In this document: piece after piece, positions 39,031 to 51,264 of the stretch
How positions within the stretch are numbered: position 1 is the stretch's first letter
How the letters are laid out: each line of letters opens with the position of its first letter
Assembly (NCBI GenBank): GCA_976551045.1
Contig: CDPCPM010000281.1
Location: 1,922,001-1,986,000 of the forward strand
DNA from: Glaucostegus cemiculus
Lineage: Eukaryota
DNA: 64,000 bases
Reading direction: 5' to 3'
Position numbers and translations under genes: made by a program
The notes under the pieces: generated by a model
Databases searched by the model: none
What the model saw: the letters and a program-made list of their open reading frames with translations, nothing else
What the model was told of the DNA's origin: nothing

Positions 39031-41164
39031 AGAGTTGGCCTTTCCTGTATGTGAATGGTGAACCCTGGGCTCCTCAGATTTTGTAATGGGGCAAGTGTGA
39101 TCTCTGAGCCCATTAGTGAGAGCTGTTTTGTATATCTGACTGATTGCTACTATTAGTAGAGCCTAGTAAGAAAAAAAGGGTTTGTGGACACCAATCATTG
39201 GAGGAGGGGTCGGTGAGGGTGGACATTAGACAAACATTGAGCCTCAGTTCCAAATGCAAAGGGGCTAGACCTGGTTTAGGGCCTGGCTAAAGGACACAGT
39301 GACTCTATCCAATGTAGTGGGCAATGCATCTCCAGGTAGACATCTGCCTGTCTGTCCTGACACTTGTCCTGACCTATTTTCAAACCTGCTTCCCCTATTG
39401 CAAATTATCTGGTGAGTCATGAAATTTCTGATTTTTGCAAATGAGTATGACATATCCCAGTGATCATTTTTGCTAAAATTCCCTCCAAGCCTTCTGATTT
39501 TTGCAAAGCATATTTGATGAGAAAAGATAGCATGGAAGGTTAGCTCCTTTCCTGTCATCCACCTTCTTTTCTTCAGAACACCAGAGACACTTATTTCTGC
39601 TGCTCTATCAGAGAGAAAATAAGTCCTCGATGAAAGGACAGACAATTTTTCAGTAATTTTATGTGCCTGGTGAGGTTGCTTGCTATAACTGCACATTGAA
39701 AATTGCTCTCTGTAATTATTGCTCCATTAAATTAATGGATTGAAAAGTCACGTGAAACTGGCTCCCAATTTTCTGATGTGTGCTCCTTGTGGGTAAGTGT
39801 CCTCATTGGAAGCGCAGTTTTATACATCAGTCAGAAATGTATTACTGACTTATTTCCTCATTACAGTTGGATAATTCTCTTTTCTGTGGCACTTCCCAGG
39901 GTGGGACTTGTAACCTGTTCTGAAAACTGCTTTTCCCTCTCACCATTCACAAGACAGCTCTGTGACTATACTAGATGACTATAGTTTAATTGAGCTAAAT
40001 ATTCAAATAGTTGACTATGGAAGGCTGGGAGGGAACTTTAGCAAAAAATGGTCACTGGGATGTATCATACTCTTTTTTTTCAAGCATTCACTTAAGTGTA
40101 TGGGAAATTTTACAGAATGCTTTAATGCTCTTGCAATTTCACTTTCCCCTGTTGGGCACTAACATCCAGATAGAGTGAGAGATTTGTTCACCATGATGAT
40201 TTACTAGAAATGAGGGATAACCTTCTGACAAACATTAAAAATACAGTATCCATTTTGCCATGGTTTACTTTAGTGAAGGACAAAATAGAGGAAAGGCTAC
40301 GAGAATTCTTGTGTAATTCAGGTTGTTTACAAGTCTGTGACAACATAGAATTAACCATTATGGTTCAGAAAGTAATCATGGCGATTTTGCATAATCAGGA
40401 ATAATGATAAGGTATAGTCTCTGCTATTTTTTTTTTGACTTCAGTGTTTCCTATCTGTAATGCATGTTGCATTCATCACAAGCACAGGATTAAATCCAAT
40501 CCTCAGAGTTTCTTATTTTGAATCTTAGCTTTCAGGAAGCTGTATATTGTAGATTAACTGATTGATAGGATCAAGCTCTGTCCCAGAGAATTGAGCACAA
40601 AAATGTTTGCTGACACTTCAGTGTAGTAGTGAGGAAATGTATTGTTGGCCAAGCTTTTAACCAAGGCCCTATCTGTTTGCTCCAATGAGAACACAATAAG
40701 ATAAGAAACAGGCAGCTACATGCCAAATGGCTTCTTGAGTCTGCTTCGCCACTTAAGACAATTGTGGTCAATCCAATCTTAGCTACCCACCTCTATCTCA
40801 CTTCAATTCCACACCGATTTGATCTCTTAGAGTTAAGATGTTTGTTGAAATCTTATTTAAAAGTATTCAATGACTTTAATACTGCTGAGGTCAAGGGTTC
40901 CCTAGATTCGGAACCCTCTGCTAGGAATGATCACTCCTCAATTCCTGTTTGAACTGAGTAATCCCTTATTCAGAAAACTTGCCCCCTAGTCCTAGGTATC
41001 CCTATTATGGAAAACTTCCTTGAGCATCCACTGTCTCCCCCTCTGAATCTTAAATATTTCATTACAATCACCTCTTATTTCTTCTATAATAAGAACAAGC
41101 TCAACCGTCCTTCATGCATTAACCACTTTATGCCAGGGATCAACCTGGTGAAAATCTTTTAAAA

Positions 41165-41325
41165 AGAAATCTGCAGATGCTAGAAATCTAACATTAAAAA
41201 CAGAAAATGCTGGAGGTACTTAGCAGGTCAGGCTGTATCTGTGGAAAGAGAAACAGTTGGTATTTAACCTGAAACGTTCCCACAGATGTCGCCTGATTTG
41301 CTGAGTATTTCCATTATTTTCTATT
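41165..41325. mobile_element. Palindromic Penelope-type repeat
   Basis: CTGCAGATGCTAGAAATC...AGAAAATGCTGGAGGTACTTAGCAGGTCAGGC / GCCTGATTTGCTGAGTATTTCCATTATTTTCT. Confidence 0.75.
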
Positions 41326-41625
41326 GTTTATTATCAAGCTAGTGAAACGCTTCTGCACTGCCTGCAATGTAAGTGTATCCTTCTTTAAATATGGAAACAA
41401 GGCAGCCTCACCTGTGCCCTGTAAAGATGCATCAAGGCAGTCCCATTTTCTACTCCATACAACTTGCAATAAAGGCCAACGTTCCACTTACCTTCCTAAT
41501 CACTTGCTGTTCCTGCACGCTAACATTTCATGTTTCATGCACTAGGACCTCCAGATTCCTTTGTACCACAACATTTTATAGTCTCATTACATGTAATTAA
41601 TAATTTCTGGTCCCCTTCTTCTTGC

Positions 41626-41934
41626 CAAGATATCAAGATATTTATTTATTAGTCACATGTACATCAAAACACACAGTGAAATACGTCTTTTTACGTTACT
41701 GAGAATGTGCTGGGGGCAGCCCGCAAGTGACGCCACTCTTCCGGCGCCAACATAGTATGCCCACAGCTCCTAACCTGTACGTCTTTGGAATGTGGGAGGA
41801 AACCGGAGCACCCGGAGGAAACCCACACAGACACTGGGAGAGCATACAAACTTCTTACAGGCAGCAGTGGGAATTGAACCCAAGTCGCTGGTGCTGTAAT
41901 AGCATTACGCGGACCACAATGCTACCGTGCCACC
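41626..41934 (-). mobile_element. Full-length tRNA-derived V-SINE, same family as 7109-7391
   Basis: tRNA-like head with GGGTTCAATTCCC, V-domain core, shared GCAGCCCGCAAGTG..GCCAC segment and a (GATATCTT)2 tail. Confidence 0.92.
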
Positions 41935-42039
41935 CTGTGCAAAATGGAGAAACTCACATTTTCCCACAGGTTCTTTGTCTCACACTTGCTAACCCACGTA
42001 TCTTTATATCATTCACAAAGAAACAGATGGAGGTGAAAG

Positions 42040-42270
42040 TCACATTCCACTGTTTTGAAGAGCAGAGGAAACATCCCCATTTCTGTCCAGTATTAACAAC
42101 TCAAGCAACAATGAAGAAACAGATTACTGGGTCATTATTTCTTTTAGGAAGTTACTACATTGATTGGCATTCTCCTGAACAAAATGATGGCACTTTAATA
42201 TGACTTCCTGGGCTGTGAAGTACTTGGAGATGTCCTGAGGTTCTGAGAAATGCCATGTAAATGCCAGTCT
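42040..42270 (+). mobile_element. Deu-domain SINE remnant
   Basis: CACTGTTTTGAAGAGCAGAGG...AAACAGATTACTGGGTCATTAT...GGCTGTGAAGTACTTGGAGATGTCCTGAGG...GTAAATGC. Confidence 0.7.
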
Positions 42271-44859
42271 GCTGCTTATTTTCTTACCTCTTTATTCCAT
42301 CTTCATTTCCTTCTACTTTTCAATTAATTTGTGAAATACCTGCATATTAATTCATGAAAAAACAAGTTGGATAATTTTGCAGTTGTAACAACAATGTCAA
42401 AATTGTTGCTTTTCTAAATGATTGGGCTTGAGTGTTCATTTCACTGACCTCGACAAGGTACAATAGTTGTATTCTCCAAAGATTTGATAGAAAGGCCATT
42501 TTTGCTTTTTTTGAAAATGTCCTTAAAATTGTGACCTAATCATTATTGCTATGTTTCAGCATGTGCCTGAAAATCTTGTGGCACAGCCATGCATCTCAGG
42601 GGTATCTTGATATGTTGACAACTGGTCTGAGCTACGATGGTTGATCAAAAATCCTAGATGCCCGAACCATTGAACTTATAAATTGTAAGTAAGTAAAGCA
42701 ACCATAGGATCAACAAATATTCAGAGTAGACTCAGGGTGGGAGATCAAAAGGACAATGAAGATCTTTGAGTGAGAAACTTGACAGCAAAATAATCACTTC
42801 AACTCTCCATTAGTTGCATTGTGATGATGTAGTTCTAGGCAAACGTGATTTCCTAAGACAATACTGTCCTCTTGGAAAAAGTAGCAAATCTGCATAATGC
42901 ATACAAGAGGCCTGATACAAGAGACTCATCAATGGACAGAGTCCATTTCTATGAAGAAGAATGGCTGCACGAGATGTTTAGCGTAATTTACATTTATTTA
43001 ATTCAATTGAGTTTGAGTATTCAGTTAATTTTGCATTTTATACAACTTAGTTTTTTTAAAAAAGAACTTTGAATGTTTGCAAATATTGCTAACAATCAAG
43101 CAGTTTGACTACTAGTTCAGCCAGGGGGCATGGCTTAATCTACTTTAATGGCATTCCTGTAAGATTGATCAGTGAGTGGTTGAGCTACTCACCGCATTGA
43201 TGGTCTGGTCAGAGCTACTGTGTTGCTGATGTATGTGCTGTACAATCAGGTTTAGAGGGCAGGCTGGCACCTACTATGGATGGAGCAATTCATTTTTAAA
43301 TTGATGGTTATTGTTTGAATGCTCATTCAGAATGCTCCTAAATTTGACCAGTTTTTGCTTTACCAAAGGCATGAAGCTTGTACAGGGGAAGTATATTTGT
43401 GAAGAAGGCAGAGTATTAATAGTAAATGATGAAGTTATAGAAATGGTTAGTTGAGAAAAGGTAAAAGAAGTTCAACCTCCTACTTTCTGACACTTCTTAG
43501 CTTCCATCTGGCACCCAGTGTGCAACTGCTGATCATGTGTTTTGGCAATTTAGAAGAAGAAAAATTACTTTTGCATGACAATTTATTTCAGGATTACAAT
43601 TTACATATTGTACTTCAGTATTGAGCAAAAGGTAATTGGAATAGTGGTGACAGAACTGCATCAATTTGCATAACAATGGGAAATAATCTGAAACTTCTAT
43701 TGATTGGGTTGAAATATTGCTCATTATTACGCAATGCCAGTCGTCTTTTCACTTAGTTCCACTGAATTTTAATAAGAATCAGCCCTAATTATTTGTTACC
43801 TTTTCTGTCCTTCAATTTATCTATTTACTTAAAAGAAAATAAATTCTGCAGTGCACCGACTCTCTCCCCCCACCCCTTCAACCCCAACCCAATTGACTGT
43901 TCAAACATTGAAGCTTCTTGATTCAAAGGCTGAAGGTGAGGGGTCCAACAAAGTCAACATCCTCCATTTCTCAGCTGGATGTTTGGTATTGCTCATAATC
44001 CCAAATGAAGACCAAGTGTCTGATGATGGCCGTGCCTTTTGTAAGCACACAAAGAAAGGAAGGAAGGAAGCAATCTCTTGCAGGCAAATATTTCTTGCAA
44101 CATTAAGGAGAATGTTGCCTCTGAGGGCTTGGGTTGATTTCTGATCAAACTTACTTACAAAACACCACACTAGAGCAATGCAGAGAAACCAGGCAGCTGC
44201 TACAGAGTATTTAATCTGGTAGTAGGTTTAAATTAATCTTCACAAAAGTGTTTTTAAAAGGAAAATTTTGAGATGCTGGAACCTAAACGAAATTTGGATT
44301 TTTCAGTCATACTGCACTCTATGCATCAATGACTATCAAAATAATTATATGTTTAAAATACTTCAGGAAAGATTTAGCAGAAGTGTTAAATGTAACTTTT
44401 AATAGAGTGATGCTACAACGGTAATTCAGATTTCACTAAATGAAATCCAGAGATAGATCACTAGCTCTGTTGAACTGTTATGAATGATTATTGTGACTTT
44501 TAAACCCTGGCTTTTCTTCCTGACCTCTGCTTCCAACCATGAGTATGCAGGAGCCGGTGTATCAGACCAACATCAGTAGGTGTGTCTCAGACATCTTGTG
44601 TAACTGCATTGGTCCTGCAAACCCTGTGCAGTCAGTATTCGAGCAACCCACTGAGCATAATCCTCATATAACCATAAATGATTTGATAAAATATTGGGGA
44701 CCATATTTCTTCCTGTTCTCTTCTAACTTTTCTTAAAAGAACTGACTGTGAACTTGGATATGACCAAAATGAAAGGCAAGTGAATCTTTCCGGTGTGTGT
44801 GAATGTGGAGGGACTTGGATCTTGTTCTCACTGATCCACATGCATGTGTATTTTGCAGT

Positions 44860-45930
44860 AGCAGATGTTAGAGTGACTGCCCTTGACATCAAGGCAGAGT
44901 GTGGCTTCAAAGAACCCCAGTGAAATTGAAATTAATAGACATGGAAGGGAATCAGTAGTTGCGGTCACATGGTGGACTTGGATATTGGAGGTCAATCATC
45001 CCAGCTCCAGGACATCACAGAATGAGCTCTTGGGGTGGTGTTGTGGGTCCAATTACCTTCAGCTACTTCATCAGAAGGTTGTTTATAGCAGGCTTATTCA
45101 TAGAAACACTGAATTAAGACGGTTGCTGCTGTGTTTTTCTGGCTTACAGAACAAGTAAATTGTCACTAGTGTTAGTTTTCTTTGTAGAAGGATACTTGAG
45201 AATAAATTAGTGATAAATGTTCAGCTTGATGGACTTTGTTGTTAAGTGGCAAATAATATTCGTCCCATGGGACTGCAAGGTACTGACCATCCCTAACAAG
45301 GAGTCCAACCAACAACCAATTACCATAGACACTCAGTAGCATTGCGATTGTAGAGACCCTCACCATACAGATCCTGGGGCCATCATTGACCAGAAGTTCA
45401 ACAAGACCAGCCACAAATACTGTGGCTATAGGAGCAAGTAAGAGTGACTCGATTTCTGACACTTGAAGGCCTTTTCACCATCTACAAGGCGCAAGTCAGG
45501 AACATGGGATATTGTTCACTTATCCGGATGAATGCAGTGCCAATGCTCAAGAAAATCAACAAGATCCAGGACCAAGCAGCCTGCTTAACTAGCACCTCAT
45601 TAACTACCCTAAATGCACATTCTTCCATGTTGGCAGAGTGCACTTTCTATAAAATGCACCGCAGTTACTTACTCAATCTACCCCAGCATCACCTCCCAAA
45701 CATGCAAGGAGAAAAGAACATCACCATCTACAGGTTTCCCTTGAATTTGTATGCTATCCTTACTTGGAAATACAATCACTGTTCATTGTCATTTTGTTTA
45801 AGTCCTGGAATCCCTTGCCCAACGACACTGTGGGAGTACTTCCACCAGAAGGGCTATATTGGATCAAGAAAATGACTCGCCACCACCTGCTAGTGGGCAA
45901 TTGAGGAATGACAATAGCTGCCAATGATGT
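44860..45930 (+). mobile_element. CR1/L2-group LINE remnant (RT to 3' end), rearranged
   Basis: GTGACTGCCCTTGACATCAAGGCA encodes VTALDIKA (RT motif). ORF 45444-45875 contains TIYKAQVRNM and KKINKIQDQAA. The FADD region is missing (see findings). Confidence 0.85.
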
Positions 45931-46032
45931 CAAGATCCTACTTTAAATATGCTGGGTGGTAGACAGATGATCCTCCACTTTCCCTTCCTATCCTGGTTAC
46001 ATAAAACAAGTACATTGCTTGGACAGCTACCC

Positions 46033-46204
46033 CTGCGGTGCATTTTGTAGAAAGTGCACTCTGCCAACATGGAAGAATGTGCATTTAGGGTAGTTAATGA
46101 GGTGCTAGTTAAGCAGGCTGCTTGGTCCTGGATCCTGTTGATTTTCTTGAGCATTGGCACCGCATTCATCCAGGCAAGTGAACAATATCCCATATTCCTG
46201 ACTT
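46033..46204 (-). repeat. 172-bp inverted duplicate of 45493-45664
   Basis: Manual alignment gives about 7 mismatches in 172 bp; ORFs 45444+ and 45930- share near-identical peptides. Confidence 0.95.
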
Positions 46205-46290
46205 ACATGGAATTAGATCTCGTTCTGCACTCAGGGCACATCGGGTGGGGGAATTCTGTTGTCAGTTCAGTAGCACATAATATTCATCTA

Positions 46291-46421
46291 TTATAGCATT
46301 TTTATTCATAGAAACACTGAATCAATACTGTTGCTGCAGTGTTTTTCTGGGATATAGAACGAATAACGAGTCATAAGTAGAAGGATACTTGAGAATATAT
46401 TAGTGATAAATGTTCAACTTG
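46291..46421 (+). repeat. Direct-repeat partner of 45083-45228
   Basis: Shared TTATTCATAGAAACACTGAAT and GTAGAAGGATACTTGAGAATA(A/T)ATTAGTGATAAATGTTCA. Confidence 0.9.
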
Positions 46422-48514
46422 GCAGCCAGGAATGATTTTTAAAATTGATAGATTTGAACATAGACTTGGGAGATGAGTGTGCTTTTATTGACATCCACTG
46501 TATTTTAATGATTAGACTAACTGGTGCTGAATACTGCCTGTGCTGTATGGAAGAAATTGTTGTATTTTACTCTATATGACCTTCTATATGTCATACCATT
46601 TGTATTTCCAATAATTAAACTGGTGGGACTTTGTAACTTAATTATTTGAATATGTTGTGTTTTATTTAAACTGAGATGGTGCCCAAGGATTTTGAACACA
46701 CTGTGCGGTTAACTACTTATAGAGACTGCAGGATGATTTGAGAATACTTTGATTGTTTCTGGCACTGTTCAGTGAAAAGGTGAACGGCTGCCTGGTGATT
46801 TACTTTGAACTATTAAAGAGCAGAAGCTTCATGGATTTATCATTCTTGGTGGAATGATAAGCAGAAGGGTGGGGGGGGGGGGGTTCCCTGAAGTTCCTAT
46901 CACTCAGCAACATAAAGCCTAAACTCTGAGGGATTTGTTGTGTCTCACGCACTGGTAATCTTTAGCTGAGTATCCAGGCAATTATATTTGTGTTTCAGTG
47001 ATAGCAGTGGAAGTAGATAACCAAACAGTCTTTTAAATGTCAATAAAGCCCAAAGAACACTGCAATTAGGGGGAAGTGAACTTTCTGTTCACATTACTAT
47101 CATGCCGTATTAAATATGTGTGCTCATTCTGTGTGTGTGTGTGTATCAAGAAGAATGAGTGCAGTCTTAAAATACCGCTGGACACACACAAGAGCTGAAT
47201 GCCAGAGGTGGAATCTAAGGGGGTGGCATGTGGTGGGGGTGGCTGTGATATGGTGTGGGAATAAGATGGTTGAGGATTAACTTGGGGAAATCAGACTAAT
47301 TCTGTATTTCATAGTCTTATTAATTTATTCGTTTTCATGCTTTAATCTTTAAGAAAGTTAATTGTGTGGCCTGGTATTTGCACGATATCAACACTTGCTG
47401 TCGGAACAGAGGAAATTTGACAGCAACTTCTGGAGCAAAGACACATGGAGTAAAACGTGAAGACCAGAAGTTACTGTCTGCAGTAATCAGTTGCTGCACT
47501 TCGTAGCTCTTTGTTGTAATTAGGATGCGCATTAGTAAATGGACAGAAAATTCAATAATTTACAGACTGTTCTTGCAGCAAAAAAAATGAAAATGTTAAG
47601 TCTTGTTGAATGAGTTGAATTCAGCTACTATTCTTAATGGACCATAAATACTGTTGTAAAATCTAGTGGAGGCTAATTCACCCTGAACATTAATTTCAAA
47701 ATTCCATATTGTCTGAAGTAATGGCAAATTATTTGTTTTGTTCAAGGCTTTTCAACCTCTTCCTTAATGCCCTATAAGCTTCAATCTCGTGGCTCCCTCT
47801 CTGTAAAAGGTTTAAAACATTGGCTAAAAGATAACAACATTTATCCTCCCACTTTGCTATCTGCAGGGTTTCTCCATTCTGATTGGCCTTTCAGCCAAGT
47901 TAATGACTTGACTGTTGGTGATGTCTCAGATCCTGTTCAGGAGAGTCTTGAACGGATCAGCATCAGGCAAGTGGGAAATCCGCACAGCTGTACCCACAAG
48001 CGCTTTGTGAGGGAGATTTCTTCACGGCCATCAGCAAGCAAAGCCCTTCGGAGAATCCTGGTCCTGATGTTATGTTATTTCCAAATGTTATAGCCAAGTA
48101 TTAAAACTTGGCAGTTTGGGACATAGAGAATGAGAGCTGATTGGACCAGTGGAGGTGTATTGCAGGTGAAGACACAAAAATAAAATGCAATACAATGACC
48201 ATGAACAGGGCAAATGCCTGGCAACATCCAGCTGTGGAAATTCCTATTATAAATATGGATGTGGGAATTTGTTGGCGAAAGTTGACAATGTAACACCAGC
48301 CAATGGTTCAGTTGCTGGATTTTGAATGTTATTTTCTGCCTCTCAAAAATCCAAATCTGTTAGAAAATAAATCTGTAAACAGGCATTGAAATCCTGAGAA
48401 CAGTCTTCTTCATTTCTCTGTCTCTTCGGCAAATTTGGATTTCTTCAGTTAAAACTAGTTATGCTTATTTTCATGCTTAATTTATTCTCATCAAGAGTTG
48501 TTGTTGGATCCATG

Positions 48515-48650
48515 AAAGTGGTGCCATGTTACTGGACTAGTAACCTGGACGCTTGGACTGATGATCTGGAGAATTCTGTTCACATCTCACAATGGAAGAT
48601 GGGGAACTTAAGTTATGTTACTTTAAATAATTTAGAGTTAAAAGGATGAA
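48515..48650 (+). mobile_element. 5' part of a second tRNA-like SINE family
   Basis: TGTTACTGGACTAGTAACCTGGA...GTTCACATCTCACAATGG; a related decayed head appears near 7600. Confidence 0.5.
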
Positions 48651-48689
48651 CAAAGAACTATTTAAATTATAGTAATATATTCTCTGTGG

Positions 48690-48960
48690 AAGTGTAGGGA
48701 AAACAGCAGCCAATTTATGCACAGCAAGCTCTCAAAAACAACAGATAATCTTCAGTTATTGCAGATCCAGGGGGTAACCATCAGCTGGGCCCCTAGAGTT
48801 AGCTCCCTGCTCTTCTTCAAAATAGTGTTATCTGATCTTTCATCTCTACTCCAGGTAGCAAACAGGGCCTACCTTCAACTTCTCAGCTAATAGTAATCTC
48901 CCAACATATCATGCTCCTTTTGTACAATATTAAAGCAACAAATAAAATTTTTGTTCTTCA
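48690..48960 (-). mobile_element. Deu-domain SINE remnant
   Basis: GCAGCCAATTTATGCACAGCAAGCTCTCAAAAAC and CTCCCTGCTCTTCTTCAAAATAGTG are antisense Deu-domain blocks. Confidence 0.75.
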
Positions 48961-49043
48961 GTCTCCTAACCCACTGCCTCTGGGAGAAGAAAGCTACCAC
49001 CTGAGCCATTGGTAACTGATGAAGGTTATATATCAGGAGAATA

Positions 49044-49333
49044 CAGTAAAATTCCAATCATCCAGTACACTCAGGACGTTGGTGCTAGATGAGTGAATTT
49101 TCTGGACTATTGGGTGTAATTCCTACCTCCAACTCACTTTTTAAATTCACATGTTAGATGGTACTAGAATAAACTTCACAGTTAACCCAGTAAGTTTAAA
49201 GGGATAGTGGGAACTGGGGCCTGATGCATGCCAGACAGGAATGTGGGAACCAGAGGCCACATTACCTGGTGAGCTAGATGCCAAACCACTGGGATTTCTG
49301 AACAATAAGATATGCTTCATCAGAGTTTTACTG
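49044..49333. mobile_element. Non-autonomous Tc1/mariner (Tigger/pogo-like) MITE
   Basis: Terminal inverted repeats CAGTAAAATTC / GAGTTTTACTG. The left flank is TA and the right flank is CA (a possible mutated TA target duplication). Confidence 0.6.
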
Positions 49334-50004
49334 CAATGTTAATGCTGTTAAATACTGCTTCACAAGAATATGGTGGTGCAATATCTTGGAAACCAGTTGC
49401 TACTGACTGTATTCCTCTTTTGTTTTTGGAAGACATGGTTTCAATCAAATTACTTGTAGCAAAGAAAAAAATGCTCATGAATTAAACAGCAGTCTAGATT
49501 TAAGTTCAGAGAGATAGCAAAGCTGAAATCCAAGGTACTGCAGCTTTCCTTCAAAGTAAGCAGGCAAGAGATTTTAAATGGCTTAGGTTCATCCAAGCGA
49601 GAGGAAAAGCTTAGCTCTTGATCTTGCCCACTGACGTGGACAATATTTTGATTTTTAAGACTTTTTTTTCATCTATTTCTCTCTTTTGAATACCACTAAA
49701 CCAGTATATTCCAAGGGGAAATTCAGCATTCATTAGTGCGGATGATGATCTGTACTATTGACCCTATGCTGATAGTTATGGGTTTTATTACAGCACTCGT
49801 GTGCAAGCGAGGTAACTTGTGCGGTTGCCTCTGGAAGGAAAGGTAAACACCTTGGTCTGTAAGTGTTCATTCATGTAATAATAATGTCAGGTCTGATAAA
49901 TGAGGCTCTACATTTTGCTGATGTTCTTCTAAAATAAGATTGGAAGGACTTGAACTGCTGCAGTATTCCATGACATGCATCTATCCTCCTTGTTACCGCA
50001 ATTC

Positions 50005-50720
50005 CATAGAACAGTACAGAGCAGGAACAGGCCATTCAGCCTACACTGACCATCTGCCTTCCGATTTTCCATATGTTTATTCGTGTGTCTGTTTAAATGC
50101 CTTTTAAGCATCATTATCACCAGTGTGTTCCAGGCACCTACATTCGTTGTGTATATATAAAAAAAACTTGCCTGTCACAGCTCCTAACACCTTCCCTCTT
50201 CACTTTTAAATCCATGCCCTATTTGATCTTTCCACAGAAAAAGACTCTGACTATCTATGCTTCACATCATTTTATAAACTTCTATCAGGTCACTCTTCAG
50301 CCTTTGACACTCCAGAGAAAACATTCCAAGTTTATCAAACTCTCCTTTATAGTTCATACATTCCATTCCAGGCAACATCCTGGTAAACAACATTGGCACC
50401 CTGTCCAAAGCCTCCACATCCTTCCTATAATGTGGTAACCAGATCTGTACACAATAATCCAAATGTAGTCTAACCAAAGTATTATACAACTGCAATATGA
50501 CTTGCCAACTTTTATACGCAATGAAGGCTAGCATGCCGTATGCTTTTTTTACCACCCTATCCACTTATGTTGCCCCTTCTGGGGAGCTATGGACTTGCAC
50601 CCCAAGATCCATCTGCACATCATGTTTCTAAGAGCCCTGCCATTTACTATAAATGTTCCTCAGATATTTGACCTCCAAAAGTGCAATGCTTGTCCAGGTT
50701 AAGCTCCTTCTGCCATTTCA
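50005..50720 (-). mobile_element. HER1/CR1 LINE 3' portion
   Basis: ORF 50262-50564 VVKKAYGMLAFI...LYNTLVRLHLDYCVQIW.PHYRKDVEALDRV...DLIEVYKMM; tail GAACAGGCCATTCAGCC. Confidence 0.92.
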
Positions 50721-50724
50721 CCTC

Positions 50725-51250
50725 GGGCAGTGCATTCAGATTCCAACTACCCTCTGCTTGAACGAAAATCTTCCTCAAGTCCCTTTAAATCTCCTACTCC
50801 TTACCCGAAGCCTGCGCCTTTAGCCATAGATGCCTTTGTTAAGAGGAAAAGTTTCTCGGTTTCTATCCTGTCTGTGCCTCTCATAATTTTGTGTACCTCA
50901 AACAACTCTTCCCCCCCCCCCCCCACCGCCTCAGCATTCTTTCTCTGAGGAAAACAAACTCAGCCTATCAAGTCTATCCCGACAGATGAAATGCTTCATC
51001 CCGGGCAACATCCTGCTGAATCTCCTGGTCATACCCTCCAGTGCAGTTACATCCTTCACGAAAATTATAATATTTTGACCAGGACTGCGTGCATAACTTC
51101 AGCTGTGGGTTAACTCGTGTTTTATATCGTTGTATCATAACCTCCCAGTTTTTGGATTCTGTGGCCCAGTTAGTGAAGGCAATTTAGCCACTTTATCTTG
51201 TGTTGCTGCTGTTAGGGATCCTAAGACACGTTACGCCAAGGTCCCTTAAT
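50725..51250 (-). mobile_element. Second CR1 3' fragment, same orientation
   Basis: CTGTGCCTCTCATAATTTTGTGTACCTC is antisense to EVHKIMRG; the region homologous to 50120-50600 recurs. Confidence 0.75.
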
Positions 51251-51264
51251 AATGGATGCTTAGT

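Larger units (their letters stand above)
40700..42000 (-). mobile_element. CR1 LINE remnant split by a Penelope-type palindrome and a V-SINE
   Basis: Antisense CR1 pieces at 40700-41155, 41335-41625 (GCAATAAAGGCCAAC, LAFI) and 41940-42000 are collinear around the two inserts. Confidence 0.7.

Noticed and set aside
41727-42203. 158-aa ORF, similar to ORF 7019-7396 (MWEETGAP..NP.RHWE)
   Set aside because: The similarity comes from antisense translation of the same SINE family, not a gene family.
43193-43237. Possible 45-nt minus-strand exon ending GCG|GTGAGT
   Set aside because: Poor pyrimidine tract and an unrecognised peptide; expected by chance.
46867-47145. Poly-G run and short (TG)n
   Set aside because: Ordinary simple repeats with no associated structure.
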